The translations under genes were made by a program, and so were the position numbers. DNA of 64,000 nt from an uncultured Fluviicola sp. (GTDB taxonomy: Bacteria > Bacteroidota > Bacteroidia > Flavobacteriales_D > Crocinitomicaceae), in the NCBI GenBank assembly GCA_965650365.1, contig CBFGOJ010000016.1, forward strand, positions 12,710-76,709, in the 5' to 3' direction. Shown here piece by piece: positions 16,849-26,867 of this stretch. The notes below the pieces were generated by a model. The model was not told where the DNA came from and did no database searches. It saw nothing but the letters and a program-made list of their open reading frames with translations. Numbering within the stretch: the stretch's first letter is position 1; every line of letters begins with the position of its first letter.

Positions 16849-17630
16849 CCTTCTTTCAACATTTTTACAAAATCAGTTACGCGGTTTCTGGCAACAGGAA
16901 TCCGTAATCCGTTTTTCAGTACGGCAAAATGACCGTCTTCATTCACGTATTCAGCAAGGTTGTTGAGGTTAATGATGTGAGATTTGTGAACTCTGAAAAA
17001 TTTGGCAGGGTTCAATATATTTTCGTAGATCTTTAATGTCCGGGTATCCAAATAACGGGTTGCGTCATTGAAATAGATGGTAGTACAGTTTCCACTCGCT
17101 TCCAAATGAGAGATCGTATTATCCTCCACAATTTTCAATCCTTTTGTGTGGCTGATCGCAATGCGGTTATTGGGCTTGTTGCGAAGCAATTGGTCAGAAA
17201 GATTGCGCAAACTTCGGAAGTAAGTAACATAATTTTCAGGATCCTGCCCGAAAACACTATTTGCTTCAACCAGTTTTTCTGCAGCTGTTCTTAAATCATC
17301 AATATCGATTGGTTTCAACAAGTAGTAAACAGCACTTGCATTAAAGGCGCGAATGGCATAATCCTTAAATGCAGTTACAAAAACGATCAGGAAATTTTTT
17401 TCCTCTACTTCTTCCAATAATTCGAATCCTTCTGCACCGCTTGGCATTCTTATGTCGAGAAAAACCACATCCGGCTTGCTGGCAGTAATAAGCGCTTTGG
17501 CCTGTTCTTTACCGGAAGCTTCACCGATTACTTCAATTTCCGGACAGAAATCGTCCAGCATCATAATTAAATTTTTGCGTGCATATTCTTCGTCATCAAC
17601 GACTAAAGCACGAAGTCTTTTCGGTTCCAT
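16845..17630 (-). CDS. LytTR-family response regulator
   Basis: REC domain (VVDDE, FLDIRMP, YLLKP) and LytTR domain (EASGNCT, FFRVHKSHIINL). Overlaps the kinase start by 4 nt. Confidence 0.95.
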   Translation of the reverse strand: MEPKRLRALVVDDEEYARKNLIMMLDDFCPEIEVIGEASGKEQAKALITASKPDVVFLDIRMPSGAEGFELLEEVEEKNFLIVFVTAFKDYAIRAFNASAVYYLLKPIDIDDLRTAAEKLVEANSVFGQDPENYVTYFRSLRNLSDQLLRNKPNNRIAISHTKGLKIVEDNTISHLEASGNCTTIYFNDATRYLDTRTLKIYENILNPAKFFRVHKSHIINLNNLAEYVNEDGHFAVLKNGLRIPVARNRVTDFVKMLKEG

Positions 17631-17876
17631 AATGTAGTTTGTTACTTGTTCTTACCGTCAATTTACGAGTTCTAATAAACTGGCTATCCGTTTTTACACA
17701 GAATACATTCCGTTTTCAACTGTTAAAATAAACAGTGTACTAGTATAATCAAAAGTTAGTACCGTTAAAATTATTTATTTTTTGCAGAACATCTTTCCGG
17801 GTCTCAAAGAAAAGAAAGAATAGTTGGCCGAAATTTGGAACGCAGAGAGTTTAACTTCCATCCATCCAGGTGTTGG

Positions 17877-18689
17877 TTAAACATTAAAAATAGTCCTTAG
17901 CAGTTGAATCACTTCTTCCCGGTTCTCTTCGTGCGACATATGCGCTGCATTCGGAAAAACAATGCTCGATATTTTATGCTGCTTGCAAAACGAATCCAGC
18001 AAACCAACATTCACCAACTTGTCATTCTGACCACTGATAACAGTATATTTCTCCGGACTTTTCTCCATCAGATAAGCCAGGTCAAAACGGTTTTTCATCG
18101 CTAATGCTGCCCATGCAATAGCTTTGGGTTCCATTTGTTCTGCAAGTTGAATGTAATGGGAAATGGCATCCTGCATGTTTGAAGGATCGTAAAAAAGGTT
18201 CGGAATTGCCTCCCGAATGAAAACAGGAGCCTTGGTGAGCACCATATTGGCAACTCGCTCGCGGTCTCTTTTCTTATCTTCCGAATCACTCCATGGATGT
18301 GAATGGAAGAGGATTAAATGCTCCAGCCCGGGAATGAGTTTCATCAACTCCAAACCAACGTATCCACCCATGGAATGCCCGATAATGATCGGATTTTTCA
18401 CCTTTTCATGAAGAATGATTTTTTCTGCTTCTTTTGCCATGGACAAAATAGACGGAGTTGCATCAAAATCGATCGGACTTTTGCCATGGCCGGTCAGATC
18501 AATACAAATTGCCTTCACCGGAAGATGCATGATCAATTCGTCCCACATGCTGAGATCTTCCATGAATCCATGTAAAAAAACAACAGGACTCCCATTTCCG
18601 GAAATCCTGTAATTCAATAAATTTTCAACCATAGATTTATTCATATTTTTGTCTTCAAATGGTAGTTTCCTAGTTGGTTCAATGTTCAA
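17877..18689 (-). CDS. Alpha/beta fold hydrolase
   Basis: LHGF, GHSMGG, AHMSH. The true start may be slightly downstream of the track's TTG. Confidence 0.88.
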   Translation of the reverse strand: MNIEPTRKLPFEDKNMNKSMVENLLNYRISGNGSPVVFLHGFMEDLSMWDELIMHLPVKAICIDLTGHGKSPIDFDATPSILSMAKEAEKIILHEKVKNPIIIGHSMGGYVGLELMKLIPGLEHLILFHSHPWSDSEDKKRDRERVANMVLTKAPVFIREAIPNLFYDPSNMQDAISHYIQLAEQMEPKAIAWAALAMKNRFDLAYLMEKSPEKYTVISGQNDKLVNVGLLDSFCKQHKISSIVFPNAAHMSHEENREEVIQLLRTIFNV

Positions 18690-18762
18690 AAGGTTAAATC
18701 GTTCAATAAAATTTGAACCCTTTTAACTCATTGGAACTTTTGAACAACTTGGTCTGTACTAC

Positions 18763-20055
18763 TTATTGATTCATCAATGTTTCTATTTCATCTGCTTCAA
18801 TCGGAATATTTCTCATCAGATTGAAAGGTAAGCCGGAAGCCTGAACTACTAAGTTATCTTCGATACGAATTCCCAGATTTTCTTCCGGAATGTAAATTCC
18901 CGGTTCACAGGTAAATACCATGTTTGCCTCGATCGGAACGTTCCACAAACCAACGTCATGAGTGTCCAGTCCAAGGTAATGCGAAGTTCCGTGCATAAAG
19001 TATTTTTTATATGCCGGCCAGTTCGGGTCCTGGTTTTTGATGTCTGTCTGATCAATTAATTTCAATCCCACTAATTCGGATTCCATTAATCGACCGACTT
19101 CCTTCTGGTATTCTGCCAGCATGGTTCCCGGGATCAGCATTTTTTCAGCTGCCGTTTTAACTCGCAGAACTGCATTGTAAACTTCTTTTTGTCTTGGAGT
19201 AAAGCGTCCGTTCACAGGAATGCTTCGCGACATGTCTGAAGAATAGTTGGCGTATTCCGCACCAACGTCCAGTAAAATAACATCTCCGTCCGCACACTGC
19301 ATATTGTTTTCGATGTAATGAAGTACGCAGGCATTTGCTCCGGAAGCAACGATCGGAGTGTAAGCCCAACCTTTGGAACGGTTACGCAGGAATTCATGGG
19401 AAAATTCTGCTTCGATCTCGTATTCCCAAACTCCTGGTTTCACAAAGCCCAAAATCCGGCGGAATCCTTTTTCAGTGATATCGCAAGCCGTTTGCATTAA
19501 ATCCAATTCGATTTTTTCTTTTACGGAACGAATCTGGTGCATGATCGGAGCGCTTTTGTGAACCTGGTGTGCAGGATAATCTTGCTTTACCTGGATAATG
19601 AAGCGGTCTTCACGGGTTTGAACAGTTGTATCTGCACGCAGGTGTTCATTGGTGTTCAGATAAATGCCTTCTGCCTCAGCCATGAGTTGTTTGAAGATCG
19701 TTGGAAATTGCTGCAGCCAGTAGACGGTTTTGATACCTGCTGTTTCAAATGCCTGATCCTTATTCAGTTTTGCACCTTCCCAAACAGCAATGTGCTCATT
19801 GGTTTCCTTTAAGAAAAGGACTTCACGGTGTGCTTCGTTACTTGCGTTCGGAAATAAAACCAAAATGCTTTCTTCCTGGTCTACTCCCGACAGGTAAAAA
19901 ATATCGCGGTGCTGCGTAAAAGGCAACGTTCCGTCGGCACTTACCGGGTAAATATCATTGGAATTGAAAACAGCCAGGGCATTTTTTGCCATTTTTGCCG
20001 TAAATTTCTTCCGGTTTTCTATAAAGAGTGTTTTGTCTATTTGGAAATATTTCAT
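18763..20055 (-). CDS. pepP: Xaa-Pro aminopeptidase (M24B)
   Basis: AMP_N-type N-terminus. DVGAEY...SDMSR, HGTSHYLGLDTHD, CEPGIY, IRIEDN metal ligands. Confidence 0.92.
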   Translation of the reverse strand: MKYFQIDKTLFIENRKKFTAKMAKNALAVFNSNDIYPVSADGTLPFTQHRDIFYLSGVDQEESILVLFPNASNEAHREVLFLKETNEHIAVWEGAKLNKDQAFETAGIKTVYWLQQFPTIFKQLMAEAEGIYLNTNEHLRADTTVQTREDRFIIQVKQDYPAHQVHKSAPIMHQIRSVKEKIELDLMQTACDITEKGFRRILGFVKPGVWEYEIEAEFSHEFLRNRSKGWAYTPIVASGANACVLHYIENNMQCADGDVILLDVGAEYANYSSDMSRSIPVNGRFTPRQKEVYNAVLRVKTAAEKMLIPGTMLAEYQKEVGRLMESELVGLKLIDQTDIKNQDPNWPAYKKYFMHGTSHYLGLDTHDVGLWNVPIEANMVFTCEPGIYIPEENLGIRIEDNLVVQASGLPFNLMRNIPIEADEIETLMNQ

Positions 20056-20302
20056 CGTTCTGTCTATAAGTCGGGTGAAATTACTAAAAAGAAGGTAAAA
20101 AAAGAATGATCAATTATAAATTATCAAACCAGAAATTACTCCTCTTTATAATTGATTCTTTTAATATTGCTAATTAAAATGGTACTAAATCCGTACTTTT
20201 CAATTCTCCATTTCAATTTTCATTTTTTTTCATTCTGTGGAGTAGATCGTAAGTACATTACGAACTACTGGGTGCAAATTTGTATCATCAAAGTCAAACA
20301 GT

Positions 20303-20623
20303 ATGAAAACAATATTCGACAGCATCCTATTAAACCGCATCCAATTCGAGAATTCATCCACGGAAGTTCAGCTGGATTGCTGTATTTATGAAAACGGAAA
20401 TGCATATGACAGCCAGATTTTTGTAAGTATGAGTGCATTCAACCAATTACTTTGCGAATTAAGCGTACGTGGAATTGACTTGAACATCGACGAAAACCTG
20501 GATACGATCGTGATCTCTGAAACGGAGATTATTTACTCCATGGATTTAACGAATGATACGGACAAGCCGATTTTCCTTCCATACTACTGTTTTCCGGAAC
20601 AAAGCAAGTTGTTAAGAGCCTGA
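20303..20623 (+). CDS. Hypothetical protein
   Basis: 106-aa ORF filling an intergenic gap with A-rich upstream context. No recognised motif. Confidence 0.6.
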   Translation: MKTIFDSILLNRIQFENSSTEVQLDCCIYENGNAYDSQIFVSMSAFNQLLCELSVRGIDLNIDENLDTIVISETEIIYSMDLTNDTDKPIFLPYYCFPEQSKLLRA

Positions 20624-20789
20624 TCAGCCAGATTGTATTGCCAAAGTTTTTCACTAAGTTCCGGTGGAGACATTTATCTCAAAATCAGTGCGGATGTGTG
20701 AGATTTTTAGAAATATCTTTGGAGTAACAAAAAAAGTTGTATTTTCGAATTGTGTTCTGTAGAACATATTGGTTTGAAAAACATTATCT

Positions 20790-21434
20790 ATGAAAAAAGT
20801 TATTGCACTTTTTGTGTTTGGTTCGGTATTTTTAGCAGGCTGTCCAAAGCACGAAATTATTCCGGCACCGACACCAGAGGTTGAATTGGAATCGAATTTT
20901 ATCGGGACTGTCAATGGAAGTCAGGTAGAATTAACGGAAAACGTTGACGGTTATTATTTGGATGCTACGAAGACCAAATTTATTCAGCCTTCACCCACAC
21001 CTTCAACAGCTACTTATTATGCAAACATGAAATCTGCCAACGGATTGGTTTCTATCCGCGTAGGACTGGGCGTTATTCAGTTTGACGGAAGTGCTTCAAG
21101 CGATCCTGCTTTAACGGCATTTAACAGCTTCTTCTCGTCAACTACAGCTCCGGCTTATTCTGATTTGGCAGCAGCAGGATTTGAAGTGGTTTATCGTGAT
21201 GGTTCAGGAAATATTTGGACTTCGGATGAAGCTTCACCTATTCCTCAGGCAGTTGGTTTCACAGGAATTGTCCAGGAATCTGACGGTTCCGGAGATTACT
21301 CGAAATTCACATGTACCTTTAATTGTAACGTATATCGGGATACACCGGATTTGACTACTCCGGATCCAAATGATATGATAACGCTTTCAATGCCAATCAC
21401 GAACGCAGTTTTTAAGGGTTGGTTTAGAAGATAA
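20790..21434 (+). CDS. Hypothetical lipoprotein
   Basis: MKKVIALFVFGSVFLAGC lipobox, beta-rich mature part. Confidence 0.75.
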   Translation: MKKVIALFVFGSVFLAGCPKHEIIPAPTPEVELESNFIGTVNGSQVELTENVDGYYLDATKTKFIQPSPTPSTATYYANMKSANGLVSIRVGLGVIQFDGSASSDPALTAFNSFFSSTTAPAYSDLAAAGFEVVYRDGSGNIWTSDEASPIPQAVGFTGIVQESDGSGDYSKFTCTFNCNVYRDTPDLTTPDPNDMITLSMPITNAVFKGWFRR

Positions 21435-21448
21435 TTGATAATTTAAAG

Positions 21449-21479
21449 AAGCCATTTGTCACCTGACGGATGGCTTTTT
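21449..21479 (+). terminator. Intrinsic terminator after the lipoprotein gene
   Basis: AAGCCATTTGTCA-CC-TGACGGATGGCTT followed by TTT. Confidence 0.65.
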
Positions 21480-21491
21480 AGTTTATTCTAT

Positions 21492-22163
21492 ATGCAGCAA
21501 CTGAAGATCGGGATCATTGGAGATTTTAATTTTACCTTCAATACGCATCATGCGACCAATATGGCGCTGGATCATGCAGGTCGTTTTCTGGAAGTAGAAT
21601 TGTCTTATTACTGGATTAAGGTAAATGAGATAATTAATATGAAACCTCAGCAATTGTCAAATTACGACGGCTTTTGGTTTGCTCCCGGCCCATATCTCAA
21701 TTTATTTTACCTCAATGGAGTGATTGATCTGCTGCTTCAGCAGGAAGCTCCCGTATTCATTACCGGAGAAGGCTATAAAGCATTGATAGATGTGTTGATC
21801 CACCGCAATAATTTGAGTGCAAACGGAGAAAAATTGATTTCAGATAACCTGGTTGATGGAAATCATTTTGAGCGCGTGTATGTAGTTCCGCATTCTTCTG
21901 CATTGATTCATTTATACGAAACCCGAAACCCGGAAGAACTAACGGCAACCCGCTATAGTTTATATCCGCAGCTCATTGGAAGTCTCATGGAAACTGATTT
22001 GGATATTGAAGCTTACAATCAGTTTGAAGAGCCCGAAATAATCAGTTTGAAGAATCGCCGGTTTTTCCTGGCGTGCGGTTTTTGTCCGCAAATTAGTTCC
22101 ACGCGGGAACTTCCGCATCCCCTGGTCTATACTTTTGTGAAATCCTGCTTCCTGGGTAGTTAA
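21492..22163 (+). CDS. Stand-alone CTP-synthase glutaminase-like (class I GATase) protein with degenerate active site
   Basis: KIGIIGDF...H.AT..AL.HA...YYWI...YDGFWFAPG and C-terminal PHPLVYTF match the CTPS C-terminal domain. Start moved to ATG at 21492. Confidence 0.7.
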   Translation: MQQLKIGIIGDFNFTFNTHHATNMALDHAGRFLEVELSYYWIKVNEIINMKPQQLSNYDGFWFAPGPYLNLFYLNGVIDLLLQQEAPVFITGEGYKALIDVLIHRNNLSANGEKLISDNLVDGNHFERVYVVPHSSALIHLYETRNPEELTATRYSLYPQLIGSLMETDLDIEAYNQFEEPEIISLKNRRFFLACGFCPQISSTRELPHPLVYTFVKSCFLGS

Positions 22164-22633
22164 TTTTCGTGCCGCTGAACTTCTTCGAAGTATTGGTCTA
22201 CCAACAGATTTGTTCCTAACGCAGCTTCTACGGCCAGTATATCACAGCGCTCGTTTTCCGGATGGCCGTTATGGCCCTTTACCCAAATGAATTCAATTCG
22301 AAAAGATTTTGCTACCGACAAGTAACGAAGCCAAAGATCTTTGTTCTTTTTCTTGGCAAATCCTTTTTTCTGCCAGCCATAAACCCACCCTTTCTCAATG
22401 GCGTCGATCACGTATTTGGAGTCAGAATAGACTCTGACAGGAATGGTATTGGTTTTCAAACTTTCCAATGCACAAACTACTGCCAGCAATTCCATGCGGT
22501 TATTCGTCGTTAATCGGTAGCCCTGTGAAATTTCTTTGACGGATTGCTTGTATCGCAGGATGATTCCGTAGCCTCCCGGGCCCGGATTTCCCCTGGCAGA
22601 ACCGTCTGTAAATATTTGGATGTATGCTGACAC
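22160..22633 (-). CDS. rnhA: Ribonuclease HI
   Basis: FTDGSARGNPGPGG, TTNNRMELLA, SDSKYV, WVKGHNGHPENERCD. Confidence 0.97.
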   Translation of the reverse strand: MSAYIQIFTDGSARGNPGPGGYGIILRYKQSVKEISQGYRLTTNNRMELLAVVCALESLKTNTIPVRVYSDSKYVIDAIEKGWVYGWQKKGFAKKKNKDLWLRYLSVAKSFRIEFIWVKGHNGHPENERCDILAVEAALGTNLLVDQYFEEVQRHEN

Positions 22634-22875
22634 CCGACAAAGTTATAAAAATCTGCCGTTTTAAAATTCTTAATAAGAGTTTCAAAAAAAATGATTTTCC
22701 CTAAATAGTTGTTAAAATTCACCCTGGTGAATTTTTTTAGGATTCCAAGAGTCGTAACTGCCGAACAGGTGAATTGTTCTTCTGAATGCACCAATTATAC
22801 CGATAAAGCAATGGTTTTTAATTCGGTAATGGGGTATTAACTTTCAAGAAATGTTGGAAATGTTGGAAATTGGGT

Positions 22876-22906
22876 TTTGAAATACATAATTTAATGCGCA
22901 CTTTTG
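22876..22906 (+). promoter_or_regulatory. Putative Bacteroidota promoter (-33 TTTG and -7 CACTTTTG) with no downstream CDS
   Basis: TTTG at 22876-22879, 19-nt spacer, CACTTTTG at 22899-22906. Confidence 0.45.
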
Positions 22907-22910
22907 TAAT

Positions 22911-23005
22911 CGAAAAGGAGCTGATATCTTCAGTTTCTGATTCAGTGAATAGTGGTTAGGTTAGGTTAACGAAAAGCGGACAGCAATGCCCGCTTTTTGT
23001 TTTTT
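22911..23005 (+). ncRNA. Candidate small RNA (about 95 nt)
   Basis: Lies between a promoter-like motif and the terminator AAAAGCGGACAGCAATGCCCGCTTTTTGTTTTTT. Carries a GGTTAGGTTAGGTT tract and has no ORF. Confidence 0.4.
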
Positions 23006-23042
23006 ACCTATATACTAAGTCTGAAGTTTTAACTAAAGTTTT

Positions 23043-26000
23043 TTATCTGACAACTTCGAGGAATCCAGTCTTCTCGATAGGATTGTTGTCTTTTAAGATT
23101 CCGTTCAATTTATAGAAGTAAACTCCTTCGCTGCACGGATCGCCGCCTTGTGTTTTTCCGTCCCAAAAAATGGTTCCTGTGACGTTTTTACCATCATGAA
23201 CAACATTTCCCCAACGATTTACAATAAGGATGTCAAATGACTTGAAGATGTCAAATTTGAATGAGAAATTCTCATTCGTTCCATCGCCGTTTGGAGTAAT
23301 GATATTTGGCATTTGAAAGTCGCCTGTAACAGTGATAACTTGTGTGTAAGTATCAAAGCACCCATTCGGGTCTTCTACCTTTAATGTAATCGTGTAAGAT
23401 CCAGGTGTGTAATAATTCGTGTAAATAGAAGCTCCCGAATTATTGATCACTGTTGGATTTGGAGCCACATTCCAGGTCCAGGTTAAAATACCGTTTACAC
23501 TGGCTGATTGGTCGTCTATCTCAACGGTTGTGCCCAAATCAATCAAGGTTGGGTTTACCACAAAAAAAGCATTCAGACCAATGTCCGGGATCGTAATAGG
23601 ATTCATCGGGTAAACGACCTTGCAATCATTGCTGTCCGTAACAGTCAAAGTTGGATTGTAAGTGGTAACATCCTGGTAAGTATGTGAGAAGCTGGTGGAA
23701 TCGTTTACGCTTGACCCATCCCCCAAATTCCAAACAATGCTTTCCAGAAAACTAGTCGCTCCGATAGTGAAATCAACGTCCTGTCCGCATCCACCGGTGT
23801 TTTGTGTCCATGAAGGGTTGGCAACCGGCCCGAAGATCGTCAGGTAATCAACATAGGTAGTGTCGGATGTACAGCCAAATTCGTCTGTGATAGACAAGCT
23901 CAAACTGTAAGTTCCCGGGAATACATACGTATTGTCCGGATTTTCCAGTACCGAAGTTTTTCCGTCACCAAAGATCCAGCTGTAATTGGAAATGTTGCCA
24001 TAGGATAAAGAAGCGTCTGTCAAATCAGCAAAAACAGGCGGACATAAATAATCGCCGTTTGCGTTCGTTGAAGCCCCGCTGAATGAGTATTGTGGTATGG
24101 CAACCGGAGTTGAAATAGTCAATAATTCGGATAAAGTATCTTTACATCCGTTTGCGTCTGTTACAATCAATACGTAACCGTGCGTGAAGCTGGAAGTGGA
24201 ATTGTTTAAGCTTTCATTGTAAGTATGCCCGTAGTCCGTGCTCGTACTCACCTGGGATCCGTCAACGAACCATTGATAACTCAACGGTGCGACACCGGAA
24301 GAAGCATTCACGGCAGTCACATTTTCCTGGTTACAAATGACTGAATCAATTGCAAATACTGCTGTTGGTTTCGTGACGGTAATAGAAGTGCTTGCCGGTG
24401 CAGAAACACAGCCGAATGCATCTGTGGCAACTAATGTTGCGGTAAAGGTACCTTCAGTAGTATAAGTATGGTTCACGGTTGTACCTACATTGGTTGTAGT
24501 TTGAGTTGTTCCGTTATCATTAAATGTAAACAGGAAGGACGCCAAATTCACTCCGTTATTCATCAGTGTTGAACCGTTGGTGAACGTTACCACAAAAGGA
24601 GCACAGCCGGTATTGTCGTTTGCTGTAACTTGAGCAGCAGGTAAAGCTAATGCCACCATCGGGCTGAAGGTCTCATTGTCCGCACAGCCAACACTGTTCG
24701 TTGCTGTTAAAGTAATCGTAAATGTTCCAAAAGACGGATATGCATAACTTGGGTTTGCACCGGTAAGTGTTTGCCCGTTACCCATATTCCAGGAATAAGT
24801 CCCGAAAGGATGAGAAGAAACGGCATTCTGCATCATGGAGAATGTTGAATTCACACAAACGCTATCGTTTGCAATGCCGGTAATTCCTGCTGTTGTAGTA
24901 GAAATGTGTACGGTTTGAGTGGTACTGTCGGCACAGCCTGTAGTGAAATTGTAAATAACCTGCTTAATAACGTAAGTTCCGTAAGCCGCATAGTTATGTG
25001 AGGTAGTACCCAAATCCGCATCATCAAAAACAGGATCATCAAAAGTGGTTGTAGCACCATCTCCCCAACGCCAGATCATCAAACAATCATCCGGAAGTTC
25101 TCCAATGATAGATTGGTCGTTTACAACTACATTCACCGGTAAACTTGCAGGGTTACAATACAATGTTTGAGCCGGTTGAAAACGGCTGATCGGAGCTTTG
25201 ATATAAACGGCATCCGGGATAATCAGTGTATCACTGCAGCCTCTGAAAGTTACAATGAGACTGACATCAAAGTAACCGGTGTCTGAAGAATAGGAGTGAG
25301 TGGGGTTTTCCAAAGTGGATGTTCCGCCATCTCCGAAATTCCAAAGATAAGTGACCTCATTTGAAGTGTGTGGAGTCAATACAACCGATTGGTTGTTGAA
25401 TTGAATCGATCGTTTAGCACATTCAGGTGTTGCATCAATTGTGAAAGCGACCAAATCTACTTTCCCCACTTCAATGTATGCCGGAATGTTTACTGTTCCC
25501 TGACAGCCTGTGGAAGTTGTAATCGTTAACGATACGTTATAAACTCCCAGGTTATAAGTGTGAGGAGGAGGGTTTTGTCCTGAAAATGTGGTTCCGTCTC
25601 CAAATGTCCACAACCAGTTCGTGATAGGAATACTGGCAGATGAAGTATCGATAAAAGTAACGGTCAATGGATCACATCCTGCAGTATCTGTGCTTGTGAA
25701 ACCCGCAACCGGCGGTGTAAGTGTAACTGCATTTAAACTCACAGATCCCGGACAGCCGTTGGCTCCGGTCATTGTCAATGTAACGTTAAAAGTTCCGTTG
25801 TTTTGGTAAGTATGAACCGGCGGTGTTTGTCCGTTGAAAGTTGTTCCGTCTCCGAAAGTCCAAACGAAATTTGATCCGGCCGGACTTGTATTTGTAAATG
25901 TCACGCCCTGCGGAGCACAACCGGTTGTTGGATTGGCAGTAAACGAAGGAACCGGAGTTGGTAGGATCGTAATTTGTTTTGTGGTAGACCCCGAACAACC

Positions 26001-26759
26001 CAAACCGGTATTTTGAGCCGTCAACCCAATAGTATATGTTCCCGGAGTTGAATAAACGACCGTATTGTTTTGAGCAGTAGAACTGCCTGGCGAACCGCCC
26101 GGGAAAGTCCAGCTCCAGGAGTTGGAACCAACTGTTGAATTATTGGTAATGCTTACAGGAGTATTCTGACAAGCTGTTGTTGGAGCGGTAATTCCTGCCT
26201 GGAAATTCGAAATAACTATCGGTTTGATGATCGTATCCTTACATCCGAAACTATTGGTAGCGATTAGTGTTACATTATAAGTGCCGGCAGTGGTGTAATT
26301 CACCGCTGCGGGGTTTTGTAAGGTCGAAGTTTGAGTGTTCCCGAAGGTCCAATTGTAAGAAACAGCTCCTGTGGTAGTATTTCCAAAAGTAACACTCACC
26401 GGAAGGCTGCAGCCATTTGCCGTAGTTGTAAAGTTTGGTACCGGTTTCGGATTTACTTTTACGTAAGCAGACTTTAATTCAAAATCTGCCTGACCGTTTG
26501 ACGCCTGAACAGTCAAAGTTACCGTATACGTTCCCGGCGCCGCGTAAACGTGATTCGGGTTTTGGGTAGTGGATGAATTCCCATCCCCGAAATCCCAGGA
26601 CCATGACGTGATGGGTGAAGTACCGGCAGTTGATTGATTGGTGAAGTGAATACTTTGTTCCAAACAAACAATTAATGGTGATGCGGTGAATTGCGCAGTA
26701 GGTGGTGTTTGAGAAAATCCAAAAGAGGAAATCAGCAGGCATAAAAGTAGTAACCGCAT
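23043..26759 (-). CDS. PKD-repeat surface protein with gliding-motility-associated (T9SS type B) C-terminal domain
   Basis: About 13 WxFGDG-type PKD repeats. C-terminal PNIITPNGDGTNENF...IVNRWG...WDG...GVYFY. Confidence 0.92.
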   Translation of the reverse strand: MRLLLLCLLISSFGFSQTPPTAQFTASPLIVCLEQSIHFTNQSTAGTSPITSWSWDFGDGNSSTTQNPNHVYAAPGTYTVTLTVQASNGQADFELKSAYVKVNPKPVPNFTTTANGCSLPVSVTFGNTTTGAVSYNWTFGNTQTSTLQNPAAVNYTTAGTYNVTLIATNSFGCKDTIIKPIVISNFQAGITAPTTACQNTPVSITNNSTVGSNSWSWTFPGGSPGSSTAQNNTVVYSTPGTYTIGLTAQNTGLGCSGSTTKQITILPTPVPSFTANPTTGCAPQGVTFTNTSPAGSNFVWTFGDGTTFNGQTPPVHTYQNNGTFNVTLTMTGANGCPGSVSLNAVTLTPPVAGFTSTDTAGCDPLTVTFIDTSSASIPITNWLWTFGDGTTFSGQNPPPHTYNLGVYNVSLTITTSTGCQGTVNIPAYIEVGKVDLVAFTIDATPECAKRSIQFNNQSVVLTPHTSNEVTYLWNFGDGGTSTLENPTHSYSSDTGYFDVSLIVTFRGCSDTLIIPDAVYIKAPISRFQPAQTLYCNPASLPVNVVVNDQSIIGELPDDCLMIWRWGDGATTTFDDPVFDDADLGTTSHNYAAYGTYVIKQVIYNFTTGCADSTTQTVHISTTTAGITGIANDSVCVNSTFSMMQNAVSSHPFGTYSWNMGNGQTLTGANPSYAYPSFGTFTITLTATNSVGCADNETFSPMVALALPAAQVTANDNTGCAPFVVTFTNGSTLMNNGVNLASFLFTFNDNGTTQTTTNVGTTVNHTYTTEGTFTATLVATDAFGCVSAPASTSITVTKPTAVFAIDSVICNQENVTAVNASSGVAPLSYQWFVDGSQVSTSTDYGHTYNESLNNSTSSFTHGYVLIVTDANGCKDTLSELLTISTPVAIPQYSFSGASTNANGDYLCPPVFADLTDASLSYGNISNYSWIFGDGKTSVLENPDNTYVFPGTYSLSLSITDEFGCTSDTTYVDYLTIFGPVANPSWTQNTGGCGQDVDFTIGATSFLESIVWNLGDGSSVNDSTSFSHTYQDVTTYNPTLTVTDSNDCKVVYPMNPITIPDIGLNAFFVVNPTLIDLGTTVEIDDQSASVNGILTWTWNVAPNPTVINNSGASIYTNYYTPGSYTITLKVEDPNGCFDTYTQVITVTGDFQMPNIITPNGDGTNENFSFKFDIFKSFDILIVNRWGNVVHDGKNVTGTIFWDGKTQGGDPCSEGVYFYKLNGILKDNNPIEKTGFLEVVR

Positions 26760-26867
26760 ATTAGCTTAGTTTCAAGGTTCACAATATGTGAGATTAACGA
26801 ACGCTCGTTGTTAATTTGTTAACAATTAGGTAATTAAACCGTTAATCTTCTCGATAAAGATGCTAAA

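Noticed and set aside
21456-21491. Longer N-terminal extensions given by the ORF track (21456, 36253, 49194, 62589, 4298, 13921)
   Set aside because: They run through terminators, promoter boxes, upstream genes or repeats. Downstream ATGs give proper domain or signal-peptide starts.
22510-22794. 94-aa minus-strand ORF upstream of rnhA
   Set aside because: Overlaps rnhA out of frame, crosses its promoter box and has no recognisable motif.
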